Below, piece after piece: positions 35,517-43,984 of a stretch of DNA of 50,241 bases (position 1 is its first letter; every line of letters begins with the position of its first letter). The notes beneath the pieces are model-generated. The model had not been told where the DNA came from. It was given only the letters and a program-made list of their open reading frames with translations, and did not search any database. The DNA comes from Candidatus Saccharimonadales bacterium (GTDB lineage: Bacteria > Verrucomicrobiota > Verrucomicrobiia > Limisphaerales > Palsa-1400): positions 1 to 50,241 of the forward strand of contig DASRLE010000333.1 of NCBI GenBank assembly GCA_035648615.1. The letters are read 5' to 3'. The position numbers and the translations under genes were made by a program.

Positions 35517-36317
35517 TCAGGGCGGCCCGGGAAACCACTTCAATAGTTCCTCTGCCACGAGTTCATGCCCCCTGCGGTTGGGATGATTGCTCTGGGCCAT
35601 GTAATCCGCCAGATGGCCCCCTGCATGGGCCGCCTCCTGAAAGCGCGCCAGGCTGTCCACGAGACCCACGCCATACTCACGCGACAGCCGCCGAATCTGT
35701 CCGGCCTGTTCATTGAGAGAATCGCGGGGATTATCAAGCTGCGCGCGCAAATCGGGCGTGGGCGTCAACAATAGGATTTTGACGTGACGGGCCAAGGCCA
35801 TTTCGATCATCGTCCGCCAGGCTTTCTCGGAACGCCTCAAACCAATGCCACGGTCGTTCAACGCGTAATCAATCGTCACCACGTCAGGCCTCAAACTCAA
35901 GACATCGCCTTCAAACCTAAGCGCGCCAGACTCGGAATTTTCGCCGCCGATGGCGGTGACAATCACGTTTATGACCGCGTGCGGAAAACGCCTGCATAGC
36001 TGTTGATGCATCAGCGCCGGGTAGGCGTCAAACGTCCGCACCTCGGGCGTTTTAAAGTAGCCGGCTGGCACACTGTGCCCATGGCAGACGATATTGATAA
36101 TGCGATTTTTGGGCCATGGTTTGGACAATTCGTCGCAGACGTTGCCGAGATAAACGCGCGGATTCGCCGGGGCGGTTTCCGCCACCGCCGGGCCTTGACT
36201 CGCGCAGGAAGCGGCCAGAAGCGCCACCAAACTCGCGACAAATGCAACAAGTGTTTTTCCGCAGCAAAGGCAAGCTCGAATATTTTTCCAAATCCCTGAT
36301 AAAAACAGCCGTCTCAT
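35517..36317 (-). CDS. SGNH/GDSL-type esterase (rhamnogalacturonan-acetylesterase-like), lipoprotein-type leader
   Basis: Block I IVCHGHSVPAGY (Ser nucleophile), block II TAIGGENS, block III IDYALND, block V SNHPNRRGHELVA. The leader contains LLAASC. Confidence 0.75.
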   Translation of the reverse strand: MRRLFLSGIWKNIRACLCCGKTLVAFVASLVALLAASCASQGPAVAETAPANPRVYLGNVCDELSKPWPKNRIINIVCHGHSVPAGYFKTPEVRTFDAYPALMHQQLCRRFPHAVINVIVTAIGGENSESGALRFEGDVLSLRPDVVTIDYALNDRGIGLRRSEKAWRTMIEMALARHVKILLLTPTPDLRAQLDNPRDSLNEQAGQIRRLSREYGVGLVDSLARFQEAAHAGGHLADYMAQSNHPNRRGHELVAEELLKWFPGPP

Positions 36318-36495
36318 TTCCCAAGGATATTCGCAACCGCGCCTAACCTCAAACCCCGGTTTAAATCACCCTTGCGCGCCCGCCTGCTTTGAAAAAATGC
36401 AATCAAATCGTTGAAGTCGTTTTCTATAACCATTGCTCTTCCTTCTTCGATTAAGAGTAAGAGCAGGATTGGGAAAAGAAGAGGATGCGCGCGTT

Positions 36496-37167
36496 CTACG
36501 CTTCGCAGAGCACGGGAGTTTGGGCAGGCACGGAGAGCGTCACGACTGAACCTGTTTCTGGAGACCAGGTTAATTCCGCCGCGCCGTCGAGGCAGAGCAG
36601 GCGTTCGTGGATGGCAAGGTCATCCAATGCGCTTTCGGTAATCCGGCCCGGCGCGCCTTCTTTGGCACCGGAACGCAAATGGAGGCGCAGGACGCCCTCT
36701 GTTTGCTCCAGTTCGATTTCGACATGAGGCACGCGATGGGGGGCCAGGACTTCCATCACAATCTCGCGGCAGACTCCAAAAAGCTCGTTGGCCGCGAAAG
36801 GAGGCAGGACGATTTCCTCTTTGGGCATGATAAAGGTGCAAGGGATCTCCTCTGCGACGGACTGCGAGAACCACTGCAACGCCGCAACCAGGCCAAATTC
36901 ATCGAGGATTCTAGGTTGTAGTTCGTTGGTGATGTCGCGCACCGTTTGACCAAGGTCAACGATCAACTGGGACCACTCCTTGCAGTGCCGCGCCCACGCA
37001 GCCGGTTGCTTGTTGTCTGCGGCAATGGACAACTGCAAAGCCATCAGGGTCAATTTCTGGCTGACCTCGTCATGGATTCTGCGGGCCAGTCGTTTGTGCT
37101 GCCGCTGATTGAGCAGTTGTTGGCGGGCTAAGAGCGCTCTAAATTGTATAAGTGACGTGTTCACCAT
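36496..37167 (-). CDS. Sensor-less HisKA_3-type histidine-kinase-like protein with degenerate ATP-binding motifs
   Basis: The H-box RIHDEVSQKLTLMALQL is intact. At the N-box position the sequence is REIVMEVLAPH (no Asn). At the G1 position it is RSGAKEG (no DxGxG). At the G2 position it is LDDLAIHERLLCLDG (Gly replaced). 223 aa, no TM or sensor domain, and no response regulator in the window. Confidence 0.55.
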   Translation of the reverse strand: MVNTSLIQFRALLARQQLLNQRQHKRLARRIHDEVSQKLTLMALQLSIAADNKQPAAWARHCKEWSQLIVDLGQTVRDITNELQPRILDEFGLVAALQWFSQSVAEEIPCTFIMPKEEIVLPPFAANELFGVCREIVMEVLAPHRVPHVEIELEQTEGVLRLHLRSGAKEGAPGRITESALDDLAIHERLLCLDGAAELTWSPETGSVVTLSVPAQTPVLCEA

Positions 37168-37408
37168 TGTGTTTGTCTAATGTGAATTGTTCCTGCCCGC
37201 ACGTTGGCAGCCTGAGCACGCCAGCCATTCACTTGGACAGGAACACTTGCAAGGCAAGCACTTCCAATGCCACTAAAGGGGGGACCCGCAAACGTGCAGC
37301 CAGAAGCCGATACTTTGGCGCATCGGTGTCCGCTTTTGGGACTGTGGCCCCAAGAATCGGACGGATCAGCCGGAGTATACAATCAACATAACCGCAACCG
37401 GCAGGCTC

Positions 37409-37690
37409 TTAGGCGGCTTTAACGGGAGAGGCTTTGCGGACTAAAATAGCGCCATTGGTCTTCAAATACGCTTGAACGGCGGCAATGCCCCCCAAACTAA
37501 TGGGGACTCGTTTTTGATTTTGAAAGAGACGATAATGGGTGAGCGTCTTGCCTACTTCCATGATTTCAATATGTTTATCCTCCATTTTCCAAAGCTGGCC
37601 TTTTGCCAAAGGAACGGGGGAAGGTTTTTTCGCCTTCATATTTTTTACCAAGGTGGACGTCTTCGCCGCAGTGGGAGAAATTCTATTCAT
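37409..37690 (-). CDS. Small basic hypothetical protein
   Basis: 93-aa ORF with a Lys-rich N-terminus and a compact C-terminal region (GQLWKMEDKHIEIMEVGKTLTHYRLF). I recognise no family. The coding call rests only on ORF length and on there being no competing gene. Confidence 0.35.
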   Translation of the reverse strand: MNRISPTAAKTSTLVKNMKAKKPSPVPLAKGQLWKMEDKHIEIMEVGKTLTHYRLFQNQKRVPISLGGIAAVQAYLKTNGAILVRKASPVKAA

Positions 37691-37834
37691 GAGCTAATCC
37701 GATTATTTGGACATTCAGGAAACCTTTTTGGTTCTGGTATTGGCCATTAAAGCATTTCCCAGGCAAAAGATATACATAAATCTGCGTAATTAAAACGATC
37801 CGCCCCAGGGCCTCCTGGCGCTAATGCTTTCCCA

Positions 37835-38806
37835 TCACCGCAATACGTCGCCGGGTTTTTTCGGAAATTGCAAAACAGCCGGGCGCGAGGGCGCCATGCC
37901 GCGAGACTCGGGAGAGAAATCGGACGTCGAATCGCCGGGGTTGTTGTAAGTCTGGTTTGCACGGTATCTCGTGTCGGTAGAACGATAGACGGGTAATGCG
38001 CTCATGGTTTCCTCGGGCGCTTTGCCCCGTAATGCATCCGTTTGCGACGTGTATTCCGTCATCCCGGGTGCAGTCGCATAGCCGTAATGCGGGTCATCAG
38101 GGTTGGAAGCTGGCGCCGCATTGGCGGGCAGGGAATCCAAAATGGTTTTTGCCTGGGGATCAACAAATTGCCCGGCCCGCATCCGGTCCAGGCTTGGAAA
38201 GGCGTGGGAAAAAGACCCGCTGGCCCAAGCGGAGTCCGACTCGAAACTTTTCGAACTGCCATCGAAGCGATCACGATTGAGAGAATCGCGGCTGCCGGAC
38301 ATGCTCAATGAATCCATCCTCTCGCGAAAGGTCTGGTTCCCCTCTCCCTCCTCCGCTCGCCGTTGGGGAAAGAGATTTTCAGGCGCCGGAGACCATCCTC
38401 TTTGCATGTCCATGCGGTTGGTCATACCTGTCAAGCGCTGCGGCGTCGCGTAGGGATCATTGTCCGTGCTCTCCTGATCTCCCGTGCTGTTCCGGTTCCC
38501 CAGAGAATCCGTTTCCCAGCTTCGGTCCGCTTTCTTTTTTGGGGCGGCGGTGATAATCACAGTCTCAGTGACGGGCGGAAGCTCAGACACCTCGAAAGAA
38601 GGACCACTATCCAGCAGTGAAGTCGCGTGGCCGGGGGCGGAAGCCTCTTTGTTTTCGCGTTCCAATTGAGGCACACCCAAGGGGACAGTGGGGGCCGAAA
38701 AGTCAATCTTGTCCCCCGCGCGGGCCACTGGGACTGCCACCCACCAGAGCGACACGCCCACCACCAGAGCTAGAGAGGTCAGAGAATTTGAATGCCGAGG
38801 CGACAT
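37835..38806 (-). CDS. Secreted low-complexity (Ser/Asp/Pro-rich, probably disordered) protein
   Basis: Signal/anchor LTSLALVVGVSLWWVAVPVARA, then a polar low-complexity sequence. It lies 65 nt downstream of the giant surface-protein gene on the same strand. Confidence 0.5.
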   Translation of the reverse strand: MSPRHSNSLTSLALVVGVSLWWVAVPVARAGDKIDFSAPTVPLGVPQLERENKEASAPGHATSLLDSGPSFEVSELPPVTETVIITAAPKKKADRSWETDSLGNRNSTGDQESTDNDPYATPQRLTGMTNRMDMQRGWSPAPENLFPQRRAEEGEGNQTFRERMDSLSMSGSRDSLNRDRFDGSSKSFESDSAWASGSFSHAFPSLDRMRAGQFVDPQAKTILDSLPANAAPASNPDDPHYGYATAPGMTEYTSQTDALRGKAPEETMSALPVYRSTDTRYRANQTYNNPGDSTSDFSPESRGMAPSRPAVLQFPKKPGDVLR

Positions 38807-38871
38807 ACTTCGAGCCTGTTTAGTAGTCTAAATTTCGTCCCGCGTCAACTTTTTCCGGCGATTTTTCAATT

Positions 38872-41800
38872 TTACGGCGTCACGCTCGCGGAGAGCCGAT
38901 AAAAGAGATTGGCCGCGTTGGGCTGGCTTAAAGTGAAAACGCCATTTCCGCTGGCATCGATCGAAGCTTTGTTGGTCTGGGTCAGCCATTGCGGATTGGT
39001 CACGCTGTCCGTGGACTGGAGTTGGTAAAGGCGGCCGCCTTGATAGGGAGAGAACGAGATCGAGACGGCGCCGCTGGACGTTTGGCTGACTTGGAAAGTG
39101 AGGTGCGAAGCGGGGTCGTTGGGCACCGTTCCGAAAATATATTCCGCATAGTTGGAATACCCGTCGCCGTCGGGATCGGCGGAACCGGAAACGGTTGCGT
39201 TGGTGCCGAAGTAGTAGGTGGACCACCAACCCGGGACCATTCCATTGGTCGGAGCATCCTGGCCCACGTCGTACGACCACTTCATGGCATTGGCGACGAC
39301 GTAGCGGTTGGTTTCGCCTGTGTCATTATAAATGACAACGTGGCCGCCCGTTCCGCTGGCGAAATAAAGATTGGTGGCCAGCGGTTGCCAGCTCCCGCCA
39401 TTGACGGTTTGGTTGACGCTGTCAATCAATTCGTTGGTCGCCCCGGAAACATACATTTGGGCATTGGTCGTAAAATTGGTGCTAATGGGATACCAGACAG
39501 AAACGTCGTAGTCTCCCGCCGCCGGAATATTGGGGGTGTAGGTGGCCGAGGCCGTTGGGTTGTTGGCGGTGGTATTGGCGAATTGATAGTAAGTGCCGTA
39601 GATGGCGGAGCCCACGGAAGTGCCCGTCCAGTACCCCGAAGTGTAGGAGGCATCACCCGTATTCAGGATCAAGGTATCAGTCGTCGAGAAGCTGCCATTG
39701 GTGGTATAGAGCGTGGAACCGACCAGCGAATTGATCTGGAAGTAATAATTGGTATCGCGCAGCAGGCCCGTCAGCAAAACGACATGCTGGGTCGAGACGC
39801 TGGACATGAGCGAGGACAAGCTGCCGTAGGAGGGCGTCAAGCCGTACCGCACCTGCGCGGTGGCCGGGAGGCCGGTTTTCCAGGCGACAAATGCGCTGCT
39901 GGCCAAGGCGGTCACGACCACGTTGCTGATGATCGGCAAAGGCAGCGTGATCGTCGTAATCAGCCGGGCCGTATTGTTGGTCAGGTTGCCGTCAAAATAA
40001 GGGCTCGAGACGACCGCAGTATTGGTGGCTTGGCCCGCGGAAAGAGCGGTCGCCGACACCACGACCGGAAAGGGCTGGTTCGTGCCCACTGGCCCCACGA
40101 TGACGATGACCGCATTCGTGGTAATCGTATAGCCCGTTGACGGCTGCAAAACGGTAAAGCCTCCTAAACGCGCGGAAAAGACATTGGATATAACGACCAC
40201 TCCATTGCTGGCCGGCCCGAGGTTAGTGATGAAATTCGTGTAGAGGATGGTTTGTCCCACTTGGAGATTGACCGTCGAAGCGACCAAGGCCAGCGAGAGG
40301 TCTTCTCCGAGGAAGGAGAGCGTATTCGTCACACTATTGTTGGGCGCATTAGTATCAAAATCGGTGCTTGAGACGACGGCAATGTTCGTGCCGGACACCG
40401 GACCACTGATTCCAGCGGCGTCAAAGGCAATGGTCGCGGTCTGAGTATTGGAGAGCGAGCCCAGGCTGAAAATCACCTGGTTCTTCACGATCGTATAGGT
40501 GCCTTGCGACTGAATCACGTTGGTGACCAGCCCCATGTTAGTCGAAAGCGTGTCTGTCACCGTCACCAAGCCACTGGTGGAAGGCCCAAAGTTGGTCACG
40601 GTGATGGAAAAAGTGACCGGCTGGCCCAGAGGAGCAATTGAGGCGGACGCCGACATGCTAATGGCCAAATCTTCATCATTGATAAACGTCACGATATTCG
40701 AACTGTTGTTGGACAGGTTGGTATCGACATCCTGGCTGGCCACGACCACCGAAGTCGTCGCATTAGTCATTTGGTTATAACTCAATGCCACGGCAGTAAC
40801 GATATTGGTCACCACCTGATTGGGGGCAACCAGCCCAAGGGCTATTATAATCGCCGTATTCGTCAGATTGGTGGTGACGAGGTTGGTAATAATATACGCG
40901 CCAGGCGTTTGCACAGTGAAGCCTCCCCAGTTCAGCGAATAAGCATTGGTCACAAACACCGCTCCGTTGGCGGCCGGTCCGAGGTTGGTCACGAGAATGA
41001 CGTTGGTCACCGTCTGTCCGATCAAAACGTTGGTGGCGGAAGTGGACAAATTCACCGCCAAATCCTGGCCCGCGATCGTCACGATGAACACATTGGTATT
41101 GTTCGCGGGCACCAGGTCTATGAACGGCCCGGAGACGATCGCGATGTTAGTGGCCACAGACGATTGCGTCGCCGATACCCGGATAGTGCTCACCGAACTG
41201 GCCCCTGCCGGCAACGCGGGCAAACTAAAGATTACCACAGAACCTTGGATGCTATAAGTGCCCCCCAATGCGGGAATGACCTCTCCCCCTTCCAACGTCA
41301 CATTCGGCGAAAGGATGTTGGTGAGCTGAATGGGGCCGCTCGTGGAGGGGCCGGCATTGCTCACCGTCAAAGTGTAAACCAAGACGCCGTCTGAAAGCAC
41401 CGGATTCGGAGAGTTCGTTACAGTGACCGATAGGTCAGCGTCAGCGTTCGTGATAGCGATTGAACTGGTGTAAATATCAAAATTGCCTCCTGCCCCGTCC
41501 GGGTTATTGGTCGTAATATCCGAGTTATCCGGCCAGACAAAATAGAAAATGCCCCCATAACCGACGAGTCCGGTGTAATTTCCCCATCCGGTCAGATTCG
41601 TTGAAGTGAGCAACGAAGACGCCAGACCGGTCGCCGGACTATTGATAGGAGTGGCCAGGCTTACAACCGGTTGGTTGGGCTGAAAGGTCATTCCGCCATC
41701 CACGCTCAACGTGCTGTACATCACGGCCGACGAGTTGGGCGTGCCCGTGGTATAAGTCGAAGGGAAAATGTTGGTAATGGCCAAATTGACCACCGTATTG

Positions 41801-43473
41801 GTAACCGGCGGGCCTGCGCCGGTATTAGTTCCGGTAAAATAGATGGCCACGTTGGTCTGGGCTCCGTAAATATAAAGGGCATTAGTGGATGATCCTCCAA
41901 CCGTAACCGGTCCAAGGTTCGTCACCGCCGTGGAATTGCCGTACATATTATTGCCCATCACCCCAATGGTATAACTGGTGCCGTTGCCAATCGGAGGTTT
42001 GGGATCAACCACTCCTTTGATGAGATTTGTGATGCTTATATTGGTCACCACGAAGTTTGAAAGCGTCAGCAGCGCGTTGGTTACGACGATTGACTCAAGG
42101 GAAGAACCCGCTCCCGAATCATTCCGGCAATCCAGCCAGGAAAAGGCCAATATGCCGGTAAGGGGATCGACCGCCATGCGAGGTAGAAAGTGGTCGTTGG
42201 CGGTGGTATCGTCGTTCACCTGGACCGGGGCGGTCCAAGTGGCGCCGGCGTTCGTGGAACTGCAAAGCTCGATCACTTTGTTGCTGGAGGAGCCTACCCC
42301 GGTATAAACCGTGTAGGACTGCCCGAAATTGGTGCTGAACGCATCGGAATTCCACCCTGCGCTCGCCGCGGCATTGAGGCCAATCCCGCTCACCTCCGCC
42401 GCAAGGTACGTCGAGCCGCCAATGGCGTTCGTCGCGACCACGCTTGGGACGGAGAACCCGGCGGAAAATAGGTTGAGGTTGGGCGTCCGCACCAAGGTCG
42501 CTTCATAAAATAGCGGCCCGGAGTCTTCACTAATGGGCCCGGCCACGGTCAGGGAATTGGAGGCGAGCAGTGTTTGCGCCACCCCCCAATTGGGCGCCGT
42601 CAAGTCTCCGTTGGTTAAAATTTCGTAGGTGTACCCGGGAAGCGTTCCTCTGATGGCCAAAACGGGCTGGGGCGAATCAATGACGGTCAGCGTAAAATTG
42701 GCGTCATTGGTCGGAAACGTCAAGACGGCATTCGTATTGACGCTGGCGTAAATGGACGCCGGTCCCGCATCCTCCAGATGATCCTGGAACACCACCATCA
42801 CCTGTCCGAGAGGCCCGACCGTTAAATCCGCGAACCCCCCGTTGGCTGACGAAGGCACGACTTGGACTGCGCCAAAACTCGCATTGGTTCCCCATTGCGT
42901 TGACTGCAACCCTTGCACGACCAGCGGGAAGTTCGGCAATGAGTAATCCTTATAGACGAGCCAGACGCTCCCCGCGCCATCTCCCGCGAAAGGACTGGTC
43001 AAGCGCGGCTGGTCGGTGGAATCATTGGGCGCTAAATTGGTCACGGCGGTAAAGCTGTTGCCTCCGTTGGTGCTGACCGCGATGGCGATTCCTTCAAAAT
43101 TGGTCGGGAGATAGGCGAGAAACAGATTTCCATAAGTGTCCCAAGCCAGCGAAGGTTCGCCGTAGGCCGCAGTCAATCCGCTGACATCATTATTAGTGGC
43201 GATAATATTTGTCGTCCAAGTCAGCCCCGAGTTGCTGCTGGCGGCGACACACAAACCCGCCGCCATCCCGTCAATTTGCGCCGCCACACACAACTGGTTG
43301 GGGGCGAGGCTGTTGAGGACGATGGAAGGGTCCGTTTCGTCGCCGCTTATTTGGGTGACATCCACCGGGATGACTTGTCCTTGCATCGGGGGACCCGCGA
43401 GGCAAAAGAGGGCCGCGGAAAAAACGAAAGCCAGGGGTCGGAGGGCAACAAAACCGAACTTCGCAGTGCGCAT
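38872..43473 (-). CDS. Giant multidomain surface protein (BNR/sialidase-like propeller, 4x DUF11 repeats, FN3/PAP-N-like, golvesin-C-like CBM, Ca-binding DxDxDG, C-terminal FYRL module)
   Basis: 1533 aa with a signal peptide. BNR-like motifs: SSNSGLTWT, STNGGNSFT, STNAGATWT, SVDGGMTFQ. Four modules of about 125 aa start with DL[SA][VIL] and contain [VI]TN.GP[SA]...G. Further motifs are AWKTGLPATAQVRYGLTPSYG, AGDYDVSVWYP...NGGSWQPL, DPDGDGYSNYAEYIFGT and the terminal NLFYRLSA. Confidence 0.8.
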   Translation of the reverse strand: MRTAKFGFVALRPLAFVFSAALFCLAGPPMQGQVIPVDVTQISGDETDPSIVLNSLAPNQLCVAAQIDGMAAGLCVAASSNSGLTWTTNIIATNNDVSGLTAAYGEPSLAWDTYGNLFLAYLPTNFEGIAIAVSTNGGNSFTAVTNLAPNDSTDQPRLTSPFAGDGAGSVWLVYKDYSLPNFPLVVQGLQSTQWGTNASFGAVQVVPSSANGGFADLTVGPLGQVMVVFQDHLEDAGPASIYASVNTNAVLTFPTNDANFTLTVIDSPQPVLAIRGTLPGYTYEILTNGDLTAPNWGVAQTLLASNSLTVAGPISEDSGPLFYEATLVRTPNLNLFSAGFSVPSVVATNAIGGSTYLAAEVSGIGLNAAASAGWNSDAFSTNFGQSYTVYTGVGSSSNKVIELCSSTNAGATWTAPVQVNDDTTANDHFLPRMAVDPLTGILAFSWLDCRNDSGAGSSLESIVVTNALLTLSNFVVTNISITNLIKGVVDPKPPIGNGTSYTIGVMGNNMYGNSTAVTNLGPVTVGGSSTNALYIYGAQTNVAIYFTGTNTGAGPPVTNTVVNLAITNIFPSTYTTGTPNSSAVMYSTLSVDGGMTFQPNQPVVSLATPINSPATGLASSLLTSTNLTGWGNYTGLVGYGGIFYFVWPDNSDITTNNPDGAGGNFDIYTSSIAITNADADLSVTVTNSPNPVLSDGVLVYTLTVSNAGPSTSGPIQLTNILSPNVTLEGGEVIPALGGTYSIQGSVVIFSLPALPAGASSVSTIRVSATQSSVATNIAIVSGPFIDLVPANNTNVFIVTIAGQDLAVNLSTSATNVLIGQTVTNVILVTNLGPAANGAVFVTNAYSLNWGGFTVQTPGAYIITNLVTTNLTNTAIIIALGLVAPNQVVTNIVTAVALSYNQMTNATTSVVVASQDVDTNLSNNSSNIVTFINDEDLAISMSASASIAPLGQPVTFSITVTNFGPSTSGLVTVTDTLSTNMGLVTNVIQSQGTYTIVKNQVIFSLGSLSNTQTATIAFDAAGISGPVSGTNIAVVSSTDFDTNAPNNSVTNTLSFLGEDLSLALVASTVNLQVGQTILYTNFITNLGPASNGVVVISNVFSARLGGFTVLQPSTGYTITTNAVIVIVGPVGTNQPFPVVVSATALSAGQATNTAVVSSPYFDGNLTNNTARLITTITLPLPIISNVVVTALASSAFVAWKTGLPATAQVRYGLTPSYGSLSSLMSSVSTQHVVLLTGLLRDTNYYFQINSLVGSTLYTTNGSFSTTDTLILNTGDASYTSGYWTGTSVGSAIYGTYYQFANTTANNPTASATYTPNIPAAGDYDVSVWYPISTNFTTNAQMYVSGATNELIDSVNQTVNGGSWQPLATNLYFASGTGGHVVIYNDTGETNRYVVANAMKWSYDVGQDAPTNGMVPGWWSTYYFGTNATVSGSADPDGDGYSNYAEYIFGTVPNDPASHLTFQVSQTSSGAVSISFSPYQGGRLYQLQSTDSVTNPQWLTQTNKASIDASGNGVFTLSQPNAANLFYRLSASVTP
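39940..41442 (-). repeat. Four tandem DUF11-type domain repeats inside the giant gene (aa approx 678-1178)
   Basis: Repeat starts are DLSVTVTNSPNPVLSDG, DLAVNLSTSATNVLIGQ, DLAISMSASASIAPLGQ and DLSLALVASTVNLQVGQ. Each is followed by ...TN(L/F/A)GP(S/A)..G. The repeats are diverged at the DNA level. Confidence 0.6.
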
Positions 43474-43579
43474 ATTTTAATTAAAGAACCTCTAAAAATT
43501 ATGGAAGCCAAAGAAGCCGGACAGAATTGACGCGTGTCTCATTGGCTAACGGCATGGTGGTAACAGGTCGCGCTCTGCT

Positions 43580-43666
43580 TTACAACTGCAAATTTAAAAG
43601 ATTTTCAACCCGGGCGATCAACCGTGCCAACTTGTACGGCACGCACTCGTCCATCAGCACAATCAC
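43580..43666 (-). pseudogene. Truncated DUF5615 (Mut7-C/PIN-like) toxin stub downstream of DUF433
   Basis: A GTG overlaps the DUF433 stop (GTGA). The product VIVLMDECVPYKLARLIARVENLLNLQL* resembles the first approx 25 aa of DUF5615 proteins (LLDENLP..LA..L) and then stops, versus about 110 aa expected. Confidence 0.35.
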
Positions 43667-43914
43667 CGGCGAAGACTTCCCAAGGTTAGCTCCTGCGCCG
43701 CCATGATGACGGCCAAAGCGGTATCCCGGCTAACTGACGGGAAATTTTCCAAGAACTCATCAAGCGGACAATCGCTTTCCAAGTGCTCGAAAAGCGACGC
43801 CACCGGCACACGGCTACCCCGAAAAACGGGTTCTCCGCCCATTATCTCCGGATCGGCAATAATATAATCGCTCAACTCGACGTGTTTGGCCTTTTGGCCG
43901 GAAAGTGTCTTCAT
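43663..43914 (-). CDS. DUF433-family protein (antitoxin-like HTH partner of DUF5615)
   Basis: IIADPEIMGGEPVFRGSRVPVASLFEHLESDCPLDEFLENFPSVSRDTALAVI matches the DUF433 core (GG.P...GTRIPV...L). Confidence 0.75.
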   Translation of the reverse strand: MKTLSGQKAKHVELSDYIIADPEIMGGEPVFRGSRVPVASLFEHLESDCPLDEFLENFPSVSRDTALAVIMAAQELTLGSLRR

Positions 43915-43984
43915 TCAGGTGGTTTTACTTTACGCATCTTCGAGGCGCACCGCAACGAAGAATATCCCAAGAGGAGTATGGATT

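Noticed and set aside
38989-40140. 383-aa plus-strand ORF (and several others) antisense to the giant surface-protein gene
   Set aside because: The translation is Arg/Gly/Asp-rich and repetitive, typical of antisense frames in GC-rich genes. The opposite strand encodes recognisable BNR/DUF11/CBM domains.
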